A stretch of 64,000 nucleotides of DNA from Candidatus Omnitrophota bacterium (GCA_003598025.1 QZKH01000003.1:106048-170047), one strand, 5' to 3'. Shown: positions 53,157 to 63,618, numbered from the stretch's first letter. Numbers and translations are program-made. Notes: generated from the sequence alone by a model not told the origin.

Positions 53157-53978
53157 ATGTATTGTGAATTTTATAATCTGAAAGAGCTCCCTTTCAATGT
53201 AACATCGGACCCTTCTTTTTTCTTCCTGAGCTCAAAGCATAAAGAGGCCCTCTCTCACCTTCTGTACGGAGTTTCTCAGCGTAAAGGTATAATGGTTGTG
53301 ACTGGCGAAATTGGCACAGGCAAGACTACTCTTTGCAGGTATTTTCTTAACCAGCTGATGAATAATGTAAAGACAGCTTTAATATTAAATCCTTATTTCT
53401 CTCAAATGCAGCTTCTGGAAGCCATACTTAAAGATTTTGGTGTTAACCCGCGCGGCAGGACAAAGTTTTCTATGATCTGGGAATTAAATGATTTTTTAAT
53501 CAAAGAATCTGAATCCGGCAATAACGTTGTCTTAATAATCGATGAGGCGCAGAATTTAAAACCTCAGGCCCTTGAGCAGATCCGCCTTCTATCTAATCTT
53601 GAGACAGAAAAAGACAAATTGCTTCAGATTATATTAGTCGGACAGCCCGAATTAAATGATAAGCTTGAGCTTTATAATTTAAGGCAGCTGCAGCAAAGGA
53701 TCGTTGTCAGGTATCATATCAAGCCTTTAGATAAAGATGAAGTCGGAAGTTATATTGAGCATAGGCTGAAACTTTGCGGCGATCAACATAAGGTTAGCTT
53801 TAATGAAGACGCAATCAAGCATATCACTGATTTTTCTGCAGGTACCCCCCGTCTTATAAATATACTATGTGACCGTGCTCTGCTTGCCGGATTTGCTTCT
53901 GAATCATACATGATTGATGAAGGTATTATAAAAAGATGCGTAGATGAACTGGACAAATACTTCAAAGCTTACAGATAA
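53157..53978 (+). CDS. ExeA/GspA-like AAA ATPase, second paralog
   Basis: 'FYNLKELPFNVTSDPSFFFLSSKHKEAL...VVTGEIGTGKTT' is about 50% identical in pattern to 6888-7697. Confidence 0.8.
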   Translation: MYCEFYNLKELPFNVTSDPSFFFLSSKHKEALSHLLYGVSQRKGIMVVTGEIGTGKTTLCRYFLNQLMNNVKTALILNPYFSQMQLLEAILKDFGVNPRGRTKFSMIWELNDFLIKESESGNNVVLIIDEAQNLKPQALEQIRLLSNLETEKDKLLQIILVGQPELNDKLELYNLRQLQQRIVVRYHIKPLDKDEVGSYIEHRLKLCGDQHKVSFNEDAIKHITDFSAGTPRLINILCDRALLAGFASESYMIDEGIIKRCVDELDKYFKAYR

Positions 53979-54535
53979 TGAGCATAATCTATGACGCTTT
54001 AAAAAAACTTGAAGGTAGAAGGGTCAGGCCTAAAAAAGACCCTCTTGCTGATATCTCTGCCGATAAGCTTACTGCAAATCAAACCGAAAATAAAGAGCAA
54101 AAGAAAAAGAACTTTAAGCTTAAAAGTGCGGCGATATATATCTTTGTGGTTATTTTCGGGTTCATTTCAGCAAAGCTGATATTCAATTATTTTCCTTCGT
54201 TCTGGAATAATTATGGCAGGAGCAAGCCAAAGGAACGCATTGAATTGATTAATGTTACCGCAACGGATGCAGCCAAGCCTGCACAGCAAATCTTGCCTAA
54301 AGATACCGCACCATCCACTATTGCCGGCCAGCAGAAACGATACGAAAAAGCCCCCGAGTTAGAATTAAACGGCATATTTTATTCAGAAGACGAAAGTTAC
54401 GCGCTGGTAAATAACCAGATCGTTAAGGCCGGAGATAATATCGACGGTGTTGATATTGTGGAGATAAACGAGAATAATGTTAAGGTGAGGTTCGGCGACA
54501 GGGATTTGATTCTCGATAATACCAAGACAAAGTAA
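53978..54535 (+). CDS. GspB-like membrane protein (partner of ExeA-type ATPase)
   Basis: 'MSIIYDALKKLE' GspB-type N-terminus and a single TM 'IYIFVVIFGFISAKLIF'. Start codon overlaps the upstream ATPase stop (ATGA). Confidence 0.5.
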   Translation: MSIIYDALKKLEGRRVRPKKDPLADISADKLTANQTENKEQKKKNFKLKSAAIYIFVVIFGFISAKLIFNYFPSFWNNYGRSKPKERIELINVTATDAAKPAQQILPKDTAPSTIAGQQKRYEKAPELELNGIFYSEDESYALVNNQIVKAGDNIDGVDIVEINENNVKVRFGDRDLILDNTKTK

Positions 54536-54550
54536 GGCTCTTCGGCTAAA

Positions 54551-55636
54551 TCAGTTTATTTGTTTTATCGCTTCTTTTATCAAAGCTAACCCGATATTTT
54601 TTACTACCACAGCTTTACCGATCCCCTTTATTAAAACAAACCGGTTTGTTTTACCCGAGAATTTCTTGTCGCTGTAGTGGGCTTTTATAATGCGGCTGGA
54701 AGGTACATTCTTAAGTTTCAGAGGAAGACCCGCTTTTCTTATTACAGATCTGATGGATTCAAATAACCCCTTACTTATAAAGCCTTTTTTATAGCTTATA
54801 TAACTTGAAGCTATCATACCCATTGCTACGGCTTCTCCATGGTTGTATTTTTTGAATTTGGATGCCGTTTCAATTGCATGCCCAATAGTATGGCCAAAAT
54901 TAAGGATAGTGCGTATGCCTTTTTCTTCTCTCTCGTCCTGTCCGACAATCTCTGCTTTTATTTTACTGCAACGAGATACCATGAATTCCAACGCTCCGGT
55001 ATCAAGGCGTTTTATATTAGAGGCATTGCTGTTTATATAGTTAAAAAGCGCCTTATCTTTTATGATAGAATATTTTATGATTTCAGATAAGCCGCTTTTG
55101 ACCTGTCTGCTTGTAAGTGATTTAAGGAATTTTATGTCGCTTAATACAAGCCGGGGCTGGTAAAATGCACCTACGAGATTCTTCCCCGATGTTAAATCTA
55201 CAGCTGTCTTACCGCCGATACTTGAATCTACTTGCGCAAGCAGGGTTGTAGGGACCTGAATATAGGGAATACCCCGTTTATAAATAGATGCGGCAAAACC
55301 GCTGACGTCTCCTATTACCCCGCCTCCCAAGGCTATTAAAAATGGTTTTCGTTTGATCCCGAATTTAGCAAGCCCAGCTATTATATTAGAAGCTATTTTT
55401 ATGGATTTGCTTTCTTCTGAATCCGGAATAAGCTTAAAGTCAAAATTAATCCCGCCCCTTTTTAAATTAGCCGCAATAGTTTTTCCGTAGAGCTTTTTTA
55501 CGCGCCTGTTAGTTATTATGTAGGCGTCTGTTCCTATGCCAAGTGTTTTTATCAGCCGTGACAGATAATTAATGGCACCTTTCCCGATTACAACTTTATA
55601 AGAGTGCTTATTGAGTTTTACGCCTACAATTTTCAT
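54551..55636 (-). CDS. aroB: 3-dehydroquinate synthase
   Basis: 'LIALGGGVIGDVSGFAASIYKRGIPYIQVPTTLLAQVDSSIGGKTAVD' and 'HTIGHAIE' motifs. The start was set at MKIVGV. Confidence 0.9.
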   Translation of the reverse strand: MKIVGVKLNKHSYKVVIGKGAINYLSRLIKTLGIGTDAYIITNRRVKKLYGKTIAANLKRGGINFDFKLIPDSEESKSIKIASNIIAGLAKFGIKRKPFLIALGGGVIGDVSGFAASIYKRGIPYIQVPTTLLAQVDSSIGGKTAVDLTSGKNLVGAFYQPRLVLSDIKFLKSLTSRQVKSGLSEIIKYSIIKDKALFNYINSNASNIKRLDTGALEFMVSRCSKIKAEIVGQDEREEKGIRTILNFGHTIGHAIETASKFKKYNHGEAVAMGMIASSYISYKKGFISKGLFESIRSVIRKAGLPLKLKNVPSSRIIKAHYSDKKFSGKTNRFVLIKGIGKAVVVKNIGLALIKEAIKQIN

Positions 55637-56250
55637 CAGATCCCTATTCCGAGAAGCCCGAGAACAAGATAAACAACAGGCCAGACCAGTATATTTAGTA
55701 TACCCATCCAAATAAGGGCAATTATAATTATAAAACCGAAAGGCTCGATTTGCGCATATTTTTCCGATAGCTGGTTGGGCAGTAATCCCATTATTATCCT
55801 TGAACCGTCCAAAGGAGGTATGGGTATAAGATTGAATATTCCCAGGACGACATTAATCAGGACGAACTGGCTGATTATAATGCTTAAAATATCGGGCATT
55901 GGCAGCAGCTTAAGTATAAAACTAAACAAAAAAGCCAATAGCAGGTTTGATAACGGCCCGCTTGCACCTACCCAAATAATATCTCTTTTAGGGTTACGCA
56001 GGGCCATAAAATTTATAGGTACAGGTTTGGCTGCGCCAAATACAAACCTCCCCTGAGTAGATATGAAAAGCATTAATGGCAGAAGGATCGTGCCGATAGG
56101 ATCTATGTGGGCAAGAGGGTTAAGCGTAAGCCTGCCGGAATATTTTGCAGTAGGGTCTCCCAGCTTATAAGCAACCCATCCATGAGAAAATTCATGGATA
56201 GTCATCGCAGGTATTAATATTGCAAAAGAAATCAGGAAAGTTAACAGCAT
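55636..56250 (-). CDS. M50 family site-2 protease-like membrane metalloprotease
   Basis: 'HEFSHG' HExxH in a TM helix and 'LNLIPIPPLDG' LDG motif. Confidence 0.75.
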   Translation of the reverse strand: MLLTFLISFAILIPAMTIHEFSHGWVAYKLGDPTAKYSGRLTLNPLAHIDPIGTILLPLMLFISTQGRFVFGAAKPVPINFMALRNPKRDIIWVGASGPLSNLLLAFLFSFILKLLPMPDILSIIISQFVLINVVLGIFNLIPIPPLDGSRIIMGLLPNQLSEKYAQIEPFGFIIIIALIWMGILNILVWPVVYLVLGLLGIGI

Positions 56251-57098
56251 TATTCCAGTATTTTTAAGTTTTTAATTTCTATTACTTTGTATTTAGGGTA
56301 AGCTATCAGATTACCTGTGACTTCTACCTTGCGGCCTATGACCGCATCCAGTGTTTTTTTATCGCCATGTAAATAATACGTGCCTTCTTTATTGATGAGC
56401 CTGTGTGTCCCTTTGCGATTAAAAAATCTGCCGCATGGTTTGATAATACCTTCAATGGTAGAAATAGTTGAGGCGGAGTTATTTTGTTGGATACCAGCAG
56501 CCAATTCAGTAATTGTATCTTTTTTGGCTATCTGACTGGTTGTTGGTTTTACGGGGGCTGTCGCGGCCTGGCCAATAAATTTTTTTACAAATTTTTTATG
56601 TATCCAGCCGTAGCATTCCGCAGTCGGCTTTATGGAGTACCATTGGCCTTTGTCCTGTGTTATTTTTACGACTTCGTTCTGGTTGATCCTCCCTATAACA
56701 GCGGAATCCACCGTAGGTTTAAGCCTGATATTTACGTTATTCCCTAAAACCCTGCCCGTCTTTACTTTTGCATCGCCAAAAGATATGTTTGATGACGGGC
56801 TGATTTTATCTTCGGGAAGAGGCTCAATAAGTTCCTTGCTGACATACAGCAGTATCTCGGAATCTTCGGGTAGTTTGATTTTATACCAGTCGTAGGCTTC
56901 CCTTATAACTTCTACTAATTGACCATTGTTTAGTTTTCCGATTATTTCAGAACTTGCTGTGGAATCTGCGCGTACATTTACATCATTGCCTTTTATCTGT
57001 CCGGTAAACGAAGGTAATTTCTCCGCAAAACCGAATGAACAGGCCAGTTCCATCGCCAGTATCAAAGTAAGGAGCTTACTTAAACGGCTTATGCGCAT
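56250..57098 (-). CDS. secreted protein with two bacterial SH3 domains
   Basis: Signal peptide; 'NVNVRADSTASSEIIGKLNNGQLVEV' and 'NVNIRLKPTVDSAVIGRINQNEVVKI'. Confidence 0.6.
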   Translation of the reverse strand: MRISRLSKLLTLILAMELACSFGFAEKLPSFTGQIKGNDVNVRADSTASSEIIGKLNNGQLVEVIREAYDWYKIKLPEDSEILLYVSKELIEPLPEDKISPSSNISFGDAKVKTGRVLGNNVNIRLKPTVDSAVIGRINQNEVVKITQDKGQWYSIKPTAECYGWIHKKFVKKFIGQAATAPVKPTTSQIAKKDTITELAAGIQQNNSASTISTIEGIIKPCGRFFNRKGTHRLINKEGTYYLHGDKKTLDAVIGRKVEVTGNLIAYPKYKVIEIKNLKILE

Positions 57099-57101
57099 TT
57101 A

Positions 57102-57416
57102 TTATTTCTGGGTTTTTGAAGCTGCAGCTTTAGGTGCAGTTTTGGATGCAGCGCCTTGTGCTTTTTCAGCCGGGGCTGCGGCTGCTGCGCCGGCTGGAGC
57201 AGCTCCGCCTGCAGCGGCTTCCGCGCCTTCAGCTTTCTCCGCCTTCTCTTTCTTGATCTTGATCTTTAGGGTCTTGATTTTAGGCAGGCCGAATATCTCC
57301 TGGCCCTCTTTCCACTGATCTTTTTCAAGCATGATTTTAAGGCGTTCTGAGCGCTTTAATACGGATCTTTGTTTTTTGATTCCTCCGGTTGAACCGAGTG
57401 ATGGATGAATTGACAT
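57102..57416 (-). CDS. small basic protein with Ala/Lys-rich C-terminal tail
   Basis: 104 aa; 'AEKAEGAEAAAGGAAPAGAAAAAPAEKA' low-complexity tail. Confidence 0.4.
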   Translation of the reverse strand: MSIHPSLGSTGGIKKQRSVLKRSERLKIMLEKDQWKEGQEIFGLPKIKTLKIKIKKEKAEKAEGAEAAAGGAAPAGAAAAAPAEKAQGAASKTAPKAAASKTQK

Positions 57417-57421
57417 ATTTC

Positions 57422-58000
57422 TTATAACCTCCTTATAAAACAGTCTGTATATTGTTTTTGTAGTTTTGAAAGTTCAGTTTTTGCGTTTTCTTTGGTTGTA
57501 AAACTGCCGATAAACACAACCGTATATTTACCTTTTGATTGAATGACCGGTGTATGGCCGTTTTTTCTCAGCCTTTCCGCTTCCTTTTTTGCCGCGGAGC
57601 TGTTTGTAAAACTAGCCACTTGTATAGTATAAATGCCTTCCTGGATAACTGGCTGTTGCTTTGTTTCGGCATTTTGCAATTTAACTGGCGTGTCTGTTTT
57701 TACAGAAGAAGCTATTTCTCGAGCCGGACTCTTAACCTGCTTTTCCGGGGCTAAAATTGATTCTGCTTTCTGTATATCGGCCCTCTGTTCTGTATCTATG
57801 CCTGAAGCCGCAATATTCCTGCCGTGCATGACTCCTAAGCCATATGCTGTTATTGCAACGGTCATAAAAACAATTATTAATATAATGTTTTTCTCATATC
57901 CTCGGATATAACTCATAAACGGCCTTCTTGTGTTTTTATGGTTAATAGTTTCTTCGGATTGGGAGAAAAAATCTAATTGTGAATTGTCGTTTGTATCCAT
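57422..58000 (-). CDS. SPOR domain protein (membrane-anchored)
   Basis: N-terminal TM helix; C-terminal 'YTIQVASFTNSSAAKKEAERLRKNGHTPVI...YTVVFIGSFTTKENAKTE' SPOR fold pattern. Confidence 0.65.
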   Translation of the reverse strand: MDTNDNSQLDFFSQSEETINHKNTRRPFMSYIRGYEKNIILIIVFMTVAITAYGLGVMHGRNIAASGIDTEQRADIQKAESILAPEKQVKSPAREIASSVKTDTPVKLQNAETKQQPVIQEGIYTIQVASFTNSSAAKKEAERLRKNGHTPVIQSKGKYTVVFIGSFTTKENAKTELSKLQKQYTDCFIRRL

Positions 58001-58004
58001 TAAA

Positions 58005-58204
58005 GAATATTAATAAAGACTAAAATTAATTCATAGTTCAGGGTTCATTGTTCATGGGTTTTGCATACCTATCAACCACGAACCATGAAACTAGTTTTTT
58101 TGTGATTTTGCCTGCCTACCGGTAGGCAGGTGTCGTGTGTCTTTGTGACTAGATACTTTATCTATCTCTATGAACCATTAACTATGAACCATGAACTAAT
58201 ATTA
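58005..58204. repeat. mosaic repeat element (A-palindrome, J, H, I, A)
   Basis: ttcatagttcagggttcattgttcatgg...cgaaccatgaaac; cctgcctaccggtaggcagg (perfect 20-bp palindrome); gtgtctttgtgac; tagatactttatctatctc; tatgaaccattaactatgaaccatgaac. Confidence 0.85.
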
Positions 58205-59278
58205 CTATATCGTGTTTTTACTGTCGTGCAAGTATTTTCTTGCGTTCAATCTTTTAGCTACTTTCAGGAAAGATTCTACTACTTTGGGATCGAATTGAGT
58301 ACCGCTTTTTTTCTTTATTTCCTTTATTGCTTCGTTTATATTCATTCTTTCCCTGTATGGCCTGCCATATACCATTGCTTCAAAAGCATCGGCAACAGCC
58401 ATTATCCTTGCCCCGATCGGGATTTGCCCTTTCTTTAATCTTGAAGGGTACCCAGTGCCGTTATATTTTTCATGGTGGTGCATTATTATAGCAATTACCG
58501 GTTTTAGTATCAGCATCGGCCGCAATATCTGCGCTCCCTTGATGGGGTGTTTCTGTATTATCCCGTATTCTTTAGCAGTAAGTTTTGATGTTTTAGCCAG
58601 TATTTCCGGAGGCGTATCTATTTTGCCTGCATCGTGAAGAAGGCTTGCGTATTTCAGGCTCTCGATTTGTTTCTGGTCAAGATGCATTTGGTGGCCGATG
58701 GAAGTTACCAGCCTGCTGAAATAAGGAGAATGAGTATACTCCTGCGGTATTCTGGTGTCAAGCAGTGTAACGAGAGATTTGATGCTTCCAAGCACGACTT
58801 TCTGGTGCTCTTCATATAGCTGAAGGTTCCTTATTCCGATCACCGATTGTTCTGCTAAAGTAATAAGTATTTCAAAATCAGAATGGATGAATGGCGGTTT
58901 GTTGTTGTTCCTTTTTGTTTCAATAAAACCGATTATATCGTCAGATATCATCGGCACAATGAGCTGCCTCTCTTTTTGTATTGCAGACAGGTTCTTTATG
59001 ATCTTTTTTTCAAAAGATGAGATTATCCTCGTTTTTTTATTAAAAATTGATTTTGTTTTGCCTTTTATTATGCATCGGAAATTAGCATTAGTCCCGGAGG
59101 CGTCTAATAATATGATCTGGCAAAAATCCGCACTATATAGCTGGCATATTAGCTTAGTGAGACGGACTATTAAGTCATTAAGCATATATGTAGAGTTTAC
59201 CAGCCGGTATACGCTATGTATGGAAGATATGAGCAGCTTATACTTTTTCGTAGGGGTCAAATAACTTCTTATATTCAT
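58205..59278 (-). CDS. HD-GYP domain c-di-GMP phosphodiesterase with N-terminal GAF-like domain
   Basis: 'LLHDAGK' HD and 'HHEKYNGTGYP' HD-GYP signature. Confidence 0.85.
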   Translation of the reverse strand: MNIRSYLTPTKKYKLLISSIHSVYRLVNSTYMLNDLIVRLTKLICQLYSADFCQIILLDASGTNANFRCIIKGKTKSIFNKKTRIISSFEKKIIKNLSAIQKERQLIVPMISDDIIGFIETKRNNNKPPFIHSDFEILITLAEQSVIGIRNLQLYEEHQKVVLGSIKSLVTLLDTRIPQEYTHSPYFSRLVTSIGHQMHLDQKQIESLKYASLLHDAGKIDTPPEILAKTSKLTAKEYGIIQKHPIKGAQILRPMLILKPVIAIIMHHHEKYNGTGYPSRLKKGQIPIGARIMAVADAFEAMVYGRPYRERMNINEAIKEIKKKSGTQFDPKVVESFLKVAKRLNARKYLHDSKNTI

Positions 59279-60389
59279 CTAATGCGTACCTGTCCGTCAT
59301 ACCGGCTATGTAATCGCATACCGCGCGTTCTATACCATCTTCTTCAGCATGCTTAATGGTAACCGGTGGTAATTGTTGAGGTTGATTTATGTAGATTCTG
59401 TAAAGCTCCTCGATAAAACGTTTAGCCTTACTAGACATCCTGTTTACGCGATAATTCTTATAAAGCCTCTCAACAAGGATTCCCCTCAGGGGTTTCCTGA
59501 AAGCAACCATATCCCTGCTGAAAGCAACAATCTTTTCTTTGGTATTTTTTGCCTCAAAAGGAGATCTGGGCCTTATATTATCAAGCCTTCGTTTTGTTTC
59601 TTTTATAAGATCAGTTACCTGGATGTCAATTAATGACCTTATAGCCAGGTATTTCTTCTTATCTTCGTCTATTTTACCATATTTTCTTAAGATTTCTATA
59701 CTTATCTTATGCCATAATTTGGAAGTTTTTAAGTCCCCTTCCCGGAGCAGCCCTGAAGTGAGCCCGTCATCAATGTCATGGTTGTCATAGGCTATTTCAT
59801 CGGCAATATCAACAACTTGGGTTTCAAGCGTCGGGTTGGTGTCAGAGGAGAATTCATCTAAAGCTGTGGAATGATCAAAAGCTGTGGAATGCCTGACTAT
59901 CCCTTCCCTGAGTTCCCAGGTGAGATTTAATCCCGGAAAATTTACATAACGCTCCTCAAGTTTGTCTACTACCCTTAAACCCTGCAGGTTATGATTAAAA
60001 CCTCCAAAGTTTACCATTAATTCATTTAAAGCGTCTTCTCCTGCATGGCCGAACGGTGTATGCCCTAAATCATGCGCCAGCGCTATAGCTTCTACTAAGT
60101 CGCTGTTTAAGCCAAGAGCCTGTGCGATAGTTCGAGCGATTTGGGCGACTTCTAATGTATGAGTAAGCCTTGTGCGGTAGTAATCCCCTTCATGGTTGAC
60201 GAACACCTGTGTTTTGTATTCCAGCCTTCTGAATGCGGCAGAATGAATTATCCTATCTCTATCCCTTTGATAGGCAGACCTGTATGCATGCTCTTTTTCA
60301 GGGTATGCCCTGCCTTTGCTTTTATAGCTTTTCATGGCGTAAGGTGCCAAGAGTTTATCTTCTATTGAGCGTATATTAACCGTTCTCAT
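59238..60389 (-). CDS. dgt: dGTP triphosphohydrolase-like HD-domain protein
   Basis: 'RDRDRIIHSAAFRRLEYKTQVF...RTRLTHTLEVAQIAR' is the canonical dGTPase N-terminus. Confidence 0.85.
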   Translation of the reverse strand: MRTVNIRSIEDKLLAPYAMKSYKSKGRAYPEKEHAYRSAYQRDRDRIIHSAAFRRLEYKTQVFVNHEGDYYRTRLTHTLEVAQIARTIAQALGLNSDLVEAIALAHDLGHTPFGHAGEDALNELMVNFGGFNHNLQGLRVVDKLEERYVNFPGLNLTWELREGIVRHSTAFDHSTALDEFSSDTNPTLETQVVDIADEIAYDNHDIDDGLTSGLLREGDLKTSKLWHKISIEILRKYGKIDEDKKKYLAIRSLIDIQVTDLIKETKRRLDNIRPRSPFEAKNTKEKIVAFSRDMVAFRKPLRGILVERLYKNYRVNRMSSKAKRFIEELYRIYINQPQQLPPVTIKHAEEDGIERAVCDYIAGMTDRYALDEYKKLFDPYEKV

Positions 60390-60855
60390 CTTTCAATAAT
60401 TTATGAAGCTCACTTAAAGACTGTGAAATCACTTTTGTGCCTGCGATAATAGGCATGAAGTTTGTGTCGCCTTTCCATCTTGGGACAATGTGCACGTGGA
60501 TATGGGCAGGTATTCCTGCTCCTGATGCACCAAGGATATTTATCCCGATATTGTATCCGTCCGGTTTTAGCACTTTGTCGAGTAACTTTATAGCCCTGTT
60601 AACTGCTTCAAAAAGCTGGCCGGATTCAGATTTTGAGAGTTTATCAAGTCTGTTGACGTGCCTTAACGGAAAGACCATAATATGGCCGTTATTGTATGGG
60701 TATATATTAAGCATGGCTGCGGCATGCTTCATCCTGAAGATGAGATAATCAGCTTTTGAGGACTTTACGGCTTTACAAAAAATGCACTTTTTGCCTTTCT
60801 TATGCCTGATATATTTCAATCTCCACGGTGCCCATAATAATTCTCTTTTTGTCAT
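60376..60855 (-). CDS. HIT family hydrolase
   Basis: 'PAHIHVHIVPR' histidine triad. Confidence 0.8.
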   Translation of the reverse strand: MTKRELLWAPWRLKYIRHKKGKKCIFCKAVKSSKADYLIFRMKHAAAMLNIYPYNNGHIMVFPLRHVNRLDKLSKSESGQLFEAVNRAIKLLDKVLKPDGYNIGINILGASGAGIPAHIHVHIVPRWKGDTNFMPIIAGTKVISQSLSELHKLLKDENG

Positions 60856-61340
60856 AATTTTATTATTTTAGCTTTTATGTGGTCGTTAATTTCAATTATA
60901 CCGTAAGAATTATAACGTGCAAAAACTTTATCTGTAGGCGAGCCTGGATTAAAAAATATAACCCCTCCCCTTTCTTCATTTACGGCATTATGAGAATGGC
61001 CAAATATTACCATATTAACATTGTCAAATTTAAATTCTTTCTGCAGGTTTTCAATAAGGCTGGCGGGGCTGCCATAGCCGTGCATCAGGCCGATTCTAAA
61101 ATTACCAACAGTGATAATTTCTTTTTTCGGGATATTGATACATTCACTGTCGCTGTCCATGTTGCCGCAGACAACCTTTACATTAGCACAATATTTCTTA
61201 AGCTCATCAATTACGCTGAAATTTACCAAATCGCCTGCGTGGATGACCATGTCCACGCCTTTAAAGGCATCAAGAACCTGCTGAGGCAGGCGGTCTGCCC
61301 TGTCGGGAATATGGGTATCTGAAATAACCCCGATTTTCAT
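60852..61340 (-). CDS. YfcE-like metallophosphoesterase
   Basis: 'MKIGVISDTHIP', 'GDLV', 'GHSH' phosphoesterase motifs. Confidence 0.8.
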   Translation of the reverse strand: MKIGVISDTHIPDRADRLPQQVLDAFKGVDMVIHAGDLVNFSVIDELKKYCANVKVVCGNMDSDSECINIPKKEIITVGNFRIGLMHGYGSPASLIENLQKEFKFDNVNMVIFGHSHNAVNEERGGVIFFNPGSPTDKVFARYNSYGIIEINDHIKAKIIKL

Positions 61341-61341
61341 T

Positions 61342-62934
61342 TTATGCAGTTACCCTCGGTTTGTAAAATAAATCAAAAATATAATTTAAATGATTAATAT
61401 CCCAAGTAAGAACCTTTTCTTCCAGGGCCCTGAGCCTTGCGTTAGAATCGACGTCTCTTAAAGTGACGATTATTTTTCTTTGCAGTTTATTACGGAATTT
61501 TTTGCACTCTTTTGAAAATTCAGCGATATCTTCTTCTGTCAGGGCGTCCTGTTTAAAAGCCACAACCCAGATTCCTTCGTAAGACCTGCCGATAAGCCCG
61601 TTTCTTATCCCCCTAATATTAAGTTCCAGGGGTTTTATTTCCTTAAAACGGTCAAGCCGTATTTTTTTTGTTTCTATCTGCACCATCTCATCTTCGAAAA
61701 GATGCAATAACTCAGACACTCGCTCGGGTATTGACTTCTTTGTGTTCTTGACAAAATCATCAATCATGCATTTAATATTATTAATGAATACTTCTCTTTG
61801 GTTTTTTGCATCAAAAGTAAGCGAAGATATTTTTCCCTGGTAAACATATTTCAGCCAAAAGTTGAATACCCTGTCGTTTATTGTCAGAAAATCCCCGCTG
61901 CGGGTAATAACATCAAATTCAACGAGATAATCAATCCTGGCTAAAATTTCCTTACGTTGCTTATGAAGAAGATGTGCGATATCTTTGATTTTATTATGCC
62001 CTGATGATATGGTGTGTAGTATCGAGATGTATTGCTGGCAGTTGTCAGTATCAATAAAGCGTTTAAGGTAGTTACTGAATTTCTGATTAAGGATACCTGA
62101 TGGCTGGAATAGGAAATCTTCAAGGATTTTAATGATATCCTCATGAGCGGAATTCTTTATGGCGCTGGATAAAACATCCAAATAAAATGGGTACCCTCCG
62201 GTGAAGTGCACAATGAAGTCACGTATTGATTTATTGATTTTATAATCATTAAGCTTTTTCTCAAGGTAAATATCGCTGGATAAAGCGTCAAATGGCTCGA
62301 CCGTGATTGTCTCAAAATTTCCAAAAAGGAGCGATAAGTTATTTGAGATGATCTTTTTAGCGCGGAATTTAGAGGAACTGATTATTATATGCATCGTATT
62401 CTTATTTGTAACAAGGAGCTTGGTCCATTCTTTATACAGGTTTCTTATGCCGACATTTTCCAGGTTATGGAATTCGTCAAATATAAAGATGGTCTTTTTG
62501 CCGGACTCTTCATAAATTGACTCTGCCAGCGATAAGAGGTCAAAAAATAGATTATTTTTTTTGCTGCGTTTTAATGAAGAGAGTATATAGTCGGCCTTGT
62601 TAACAGTTTTTGGTATAAATTGACGTGATTTATTCAGCAGAAAATCCAAATCTTCCTTGAGTTCCAACCCGCTATTTGACATAAAGTTATAGAGCAGCAC
62701 GCCTATAAATCTGCGGATGAGCGAGTTGAATGGTTCCGGCCTTATTTCAAGATATGCTGTTATAATTTTAGGGTCAGAGTAGATGTTAAGAAGTTTAAAT
62801 ATGATAAAGGTTTTACCTATCGCCTCATCGCCAATAATAGCTATATTCTGTCTGTAGCCGTCTTTAAATGCAGTGATTCTTTTTAAAAGCGCCTGAATTT
62901 GTGTATCTCTGTCAAAAATATCGCCTTTGTTCAT
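61342..62934 (-). CDS. AAA-type ATP-binding protein (Arch_ATPase/DUF234-like)
   Basis: Walker A 'GDEAIGKT', Walker B 'IFIFDEFH', long C-terminal helical region. Confidence 0.65.
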   Translation of the reverse strand: MNKGDIFDRDTQIQALLKRITAFKDGYRQNIAIIGDEAIGKTFIIFKLLNIYSDPKIITAYLEIRPEPFNSLIRRFIGVLLYNFMSNSGLELKEDLDFLLNKSRQFIPKTVNKADYILSSLKRSKKNNLFFDLLSLAESIYEESGKKTIFIFDEFHNLENVGIRNLYKEWTKLLVTNKNTMHIIISSSKFRAKKIISNNLSLLFGNFETITVEPFDALSSDIYLEKKLNDYKINKSIRDFIVHFTGGYPFYLDVLSSAIKNSAHEDIIKILEDFLFQPSGILNQKFSNYLKRFIDTDNCQQYISILHTISSGHNKIKDIAHLLHKQRKEILARIDYLVEFDVITRSGDFLTINDRVFNFWLKYVYQGKISSLTFDAKNQREVFINNIKCMIDDFVKNTKKSIPERVSELLHLFEDEMVQIETKKIRLDRFKEIKPLELNIRGIRNGLIGRSYEGIWVVAFKQDALTEEDIAEFSKECKKFRNKLQRKIIVTLRDVDSNARLRALEEKVLTWDINHLNYIFDLFYKPRVTA

Positions 62935-63599
62935 GGTAGAAAATAATAAGGGTTTTGAGGTATAGAGTTCTTTCTTATTTCAAAGTGTAGGTACTCCTTT
63001 TTTCCTCTTTTTGATTTACCGGCCTTTGCAATAAGCGTGCCTCTTGTGATGTTGTCACCCAGCTTTACGAAAACCTTTGAATTTCTTGAATATACTGTAA
63101 GCAAACCGTCACCGTGGTCAATAATCAGGGTTTTTCCGAATGATTCCAGTTTATCAGAATAAAAAACAACCCTTCCTCCTCTTGAGGCAATGACATCCCC
63201 GTTATAGTAGGGTTCGATATTAAGCCCTTTATTAATAACATTGTCGTAAGTTGCACCAAATGTGGATATGACTTTTCCTTTTATTGGCCAGATAAAATCT
63301 TCATCAGAAGAAACGCTTGAGACTGTTTTTCTTCCGGATGCCCGGGGAATAAATATAAGCTGGTTGACTTCAATTTTAGTTACATCTGAAATACGGTTAA
63401 ACTTTATAATTTCATCCAAATCTACACCGTAAGTTTTTGATATACGCCACAATGTCTGACCCTTTTCAACCTTATGGTAAGTACCAGGTACTCCGGCAGG
63501 AGGCTTTAGTGGAGTCATGACCGGCGCCGTAGCACACCCCGATAATATAAGAACAGTTACGATAATACTTAAGATTGAAGCCAGTTTAGTAGTATTCAT
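62931..63599 (-). CDS. LysM + M23 peptidoglycan endopeptidase lipoprotein
   Basis: Lipobox 'ILSGCAT', LysM 'YHKVEKGQTLWRISKTYGVDLDEI', M23 'HGDGLLTVYSRNS...YLHFEIR'. Confidence 0.85.
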   Translation of the reverse strand: MNTTKLASILSIIVTVLILSGCATAPVMTPLKPPAGVPGTYHKVEKGQTLWRISKTYGVDLDEIIKFNRISDVTKIEVNQLIFIPRASGRKTVSSVSSDEDFIWPIKGKVISTFGATYDNVINKGLNIEPYYNGDVIASRGGRVVFYSDKLESFGKTLIIDHGDGLLTVYSRNSKVFVKLGDNITRGTLIAKAGKSKRGKKEYLHFEIRKNSIPQNPYYFLP

Positions 63600-63618
63600 A
63601 AGTAAACTCTAATATTTA

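Noticed and set aside
7698-58204. Short tandem repeats considered as possible CRISPR arrays
   Set aside because: The units are 6-9 nt microsatellite-like modules with no 25-40 nt unique spacers, no regular repeat-spacer periodicity, and no cas genes in the window.
58205-63599. Minus-strand operon dGTPase / HIT / YfcE phosphoesterase / AAA ATPase / M23 peptidase considered as an anti-phage defence island (dGTPase-type nucleotide depletion)
   Set aside because: All five are widespread housekeeping families, tightly overlapping as a conserved-looking operon next to tRNA and thiC. There are no hallmark defence partners such as nucleases, methylases or toxin-antitoxin pairs, and no compositional anomaly.
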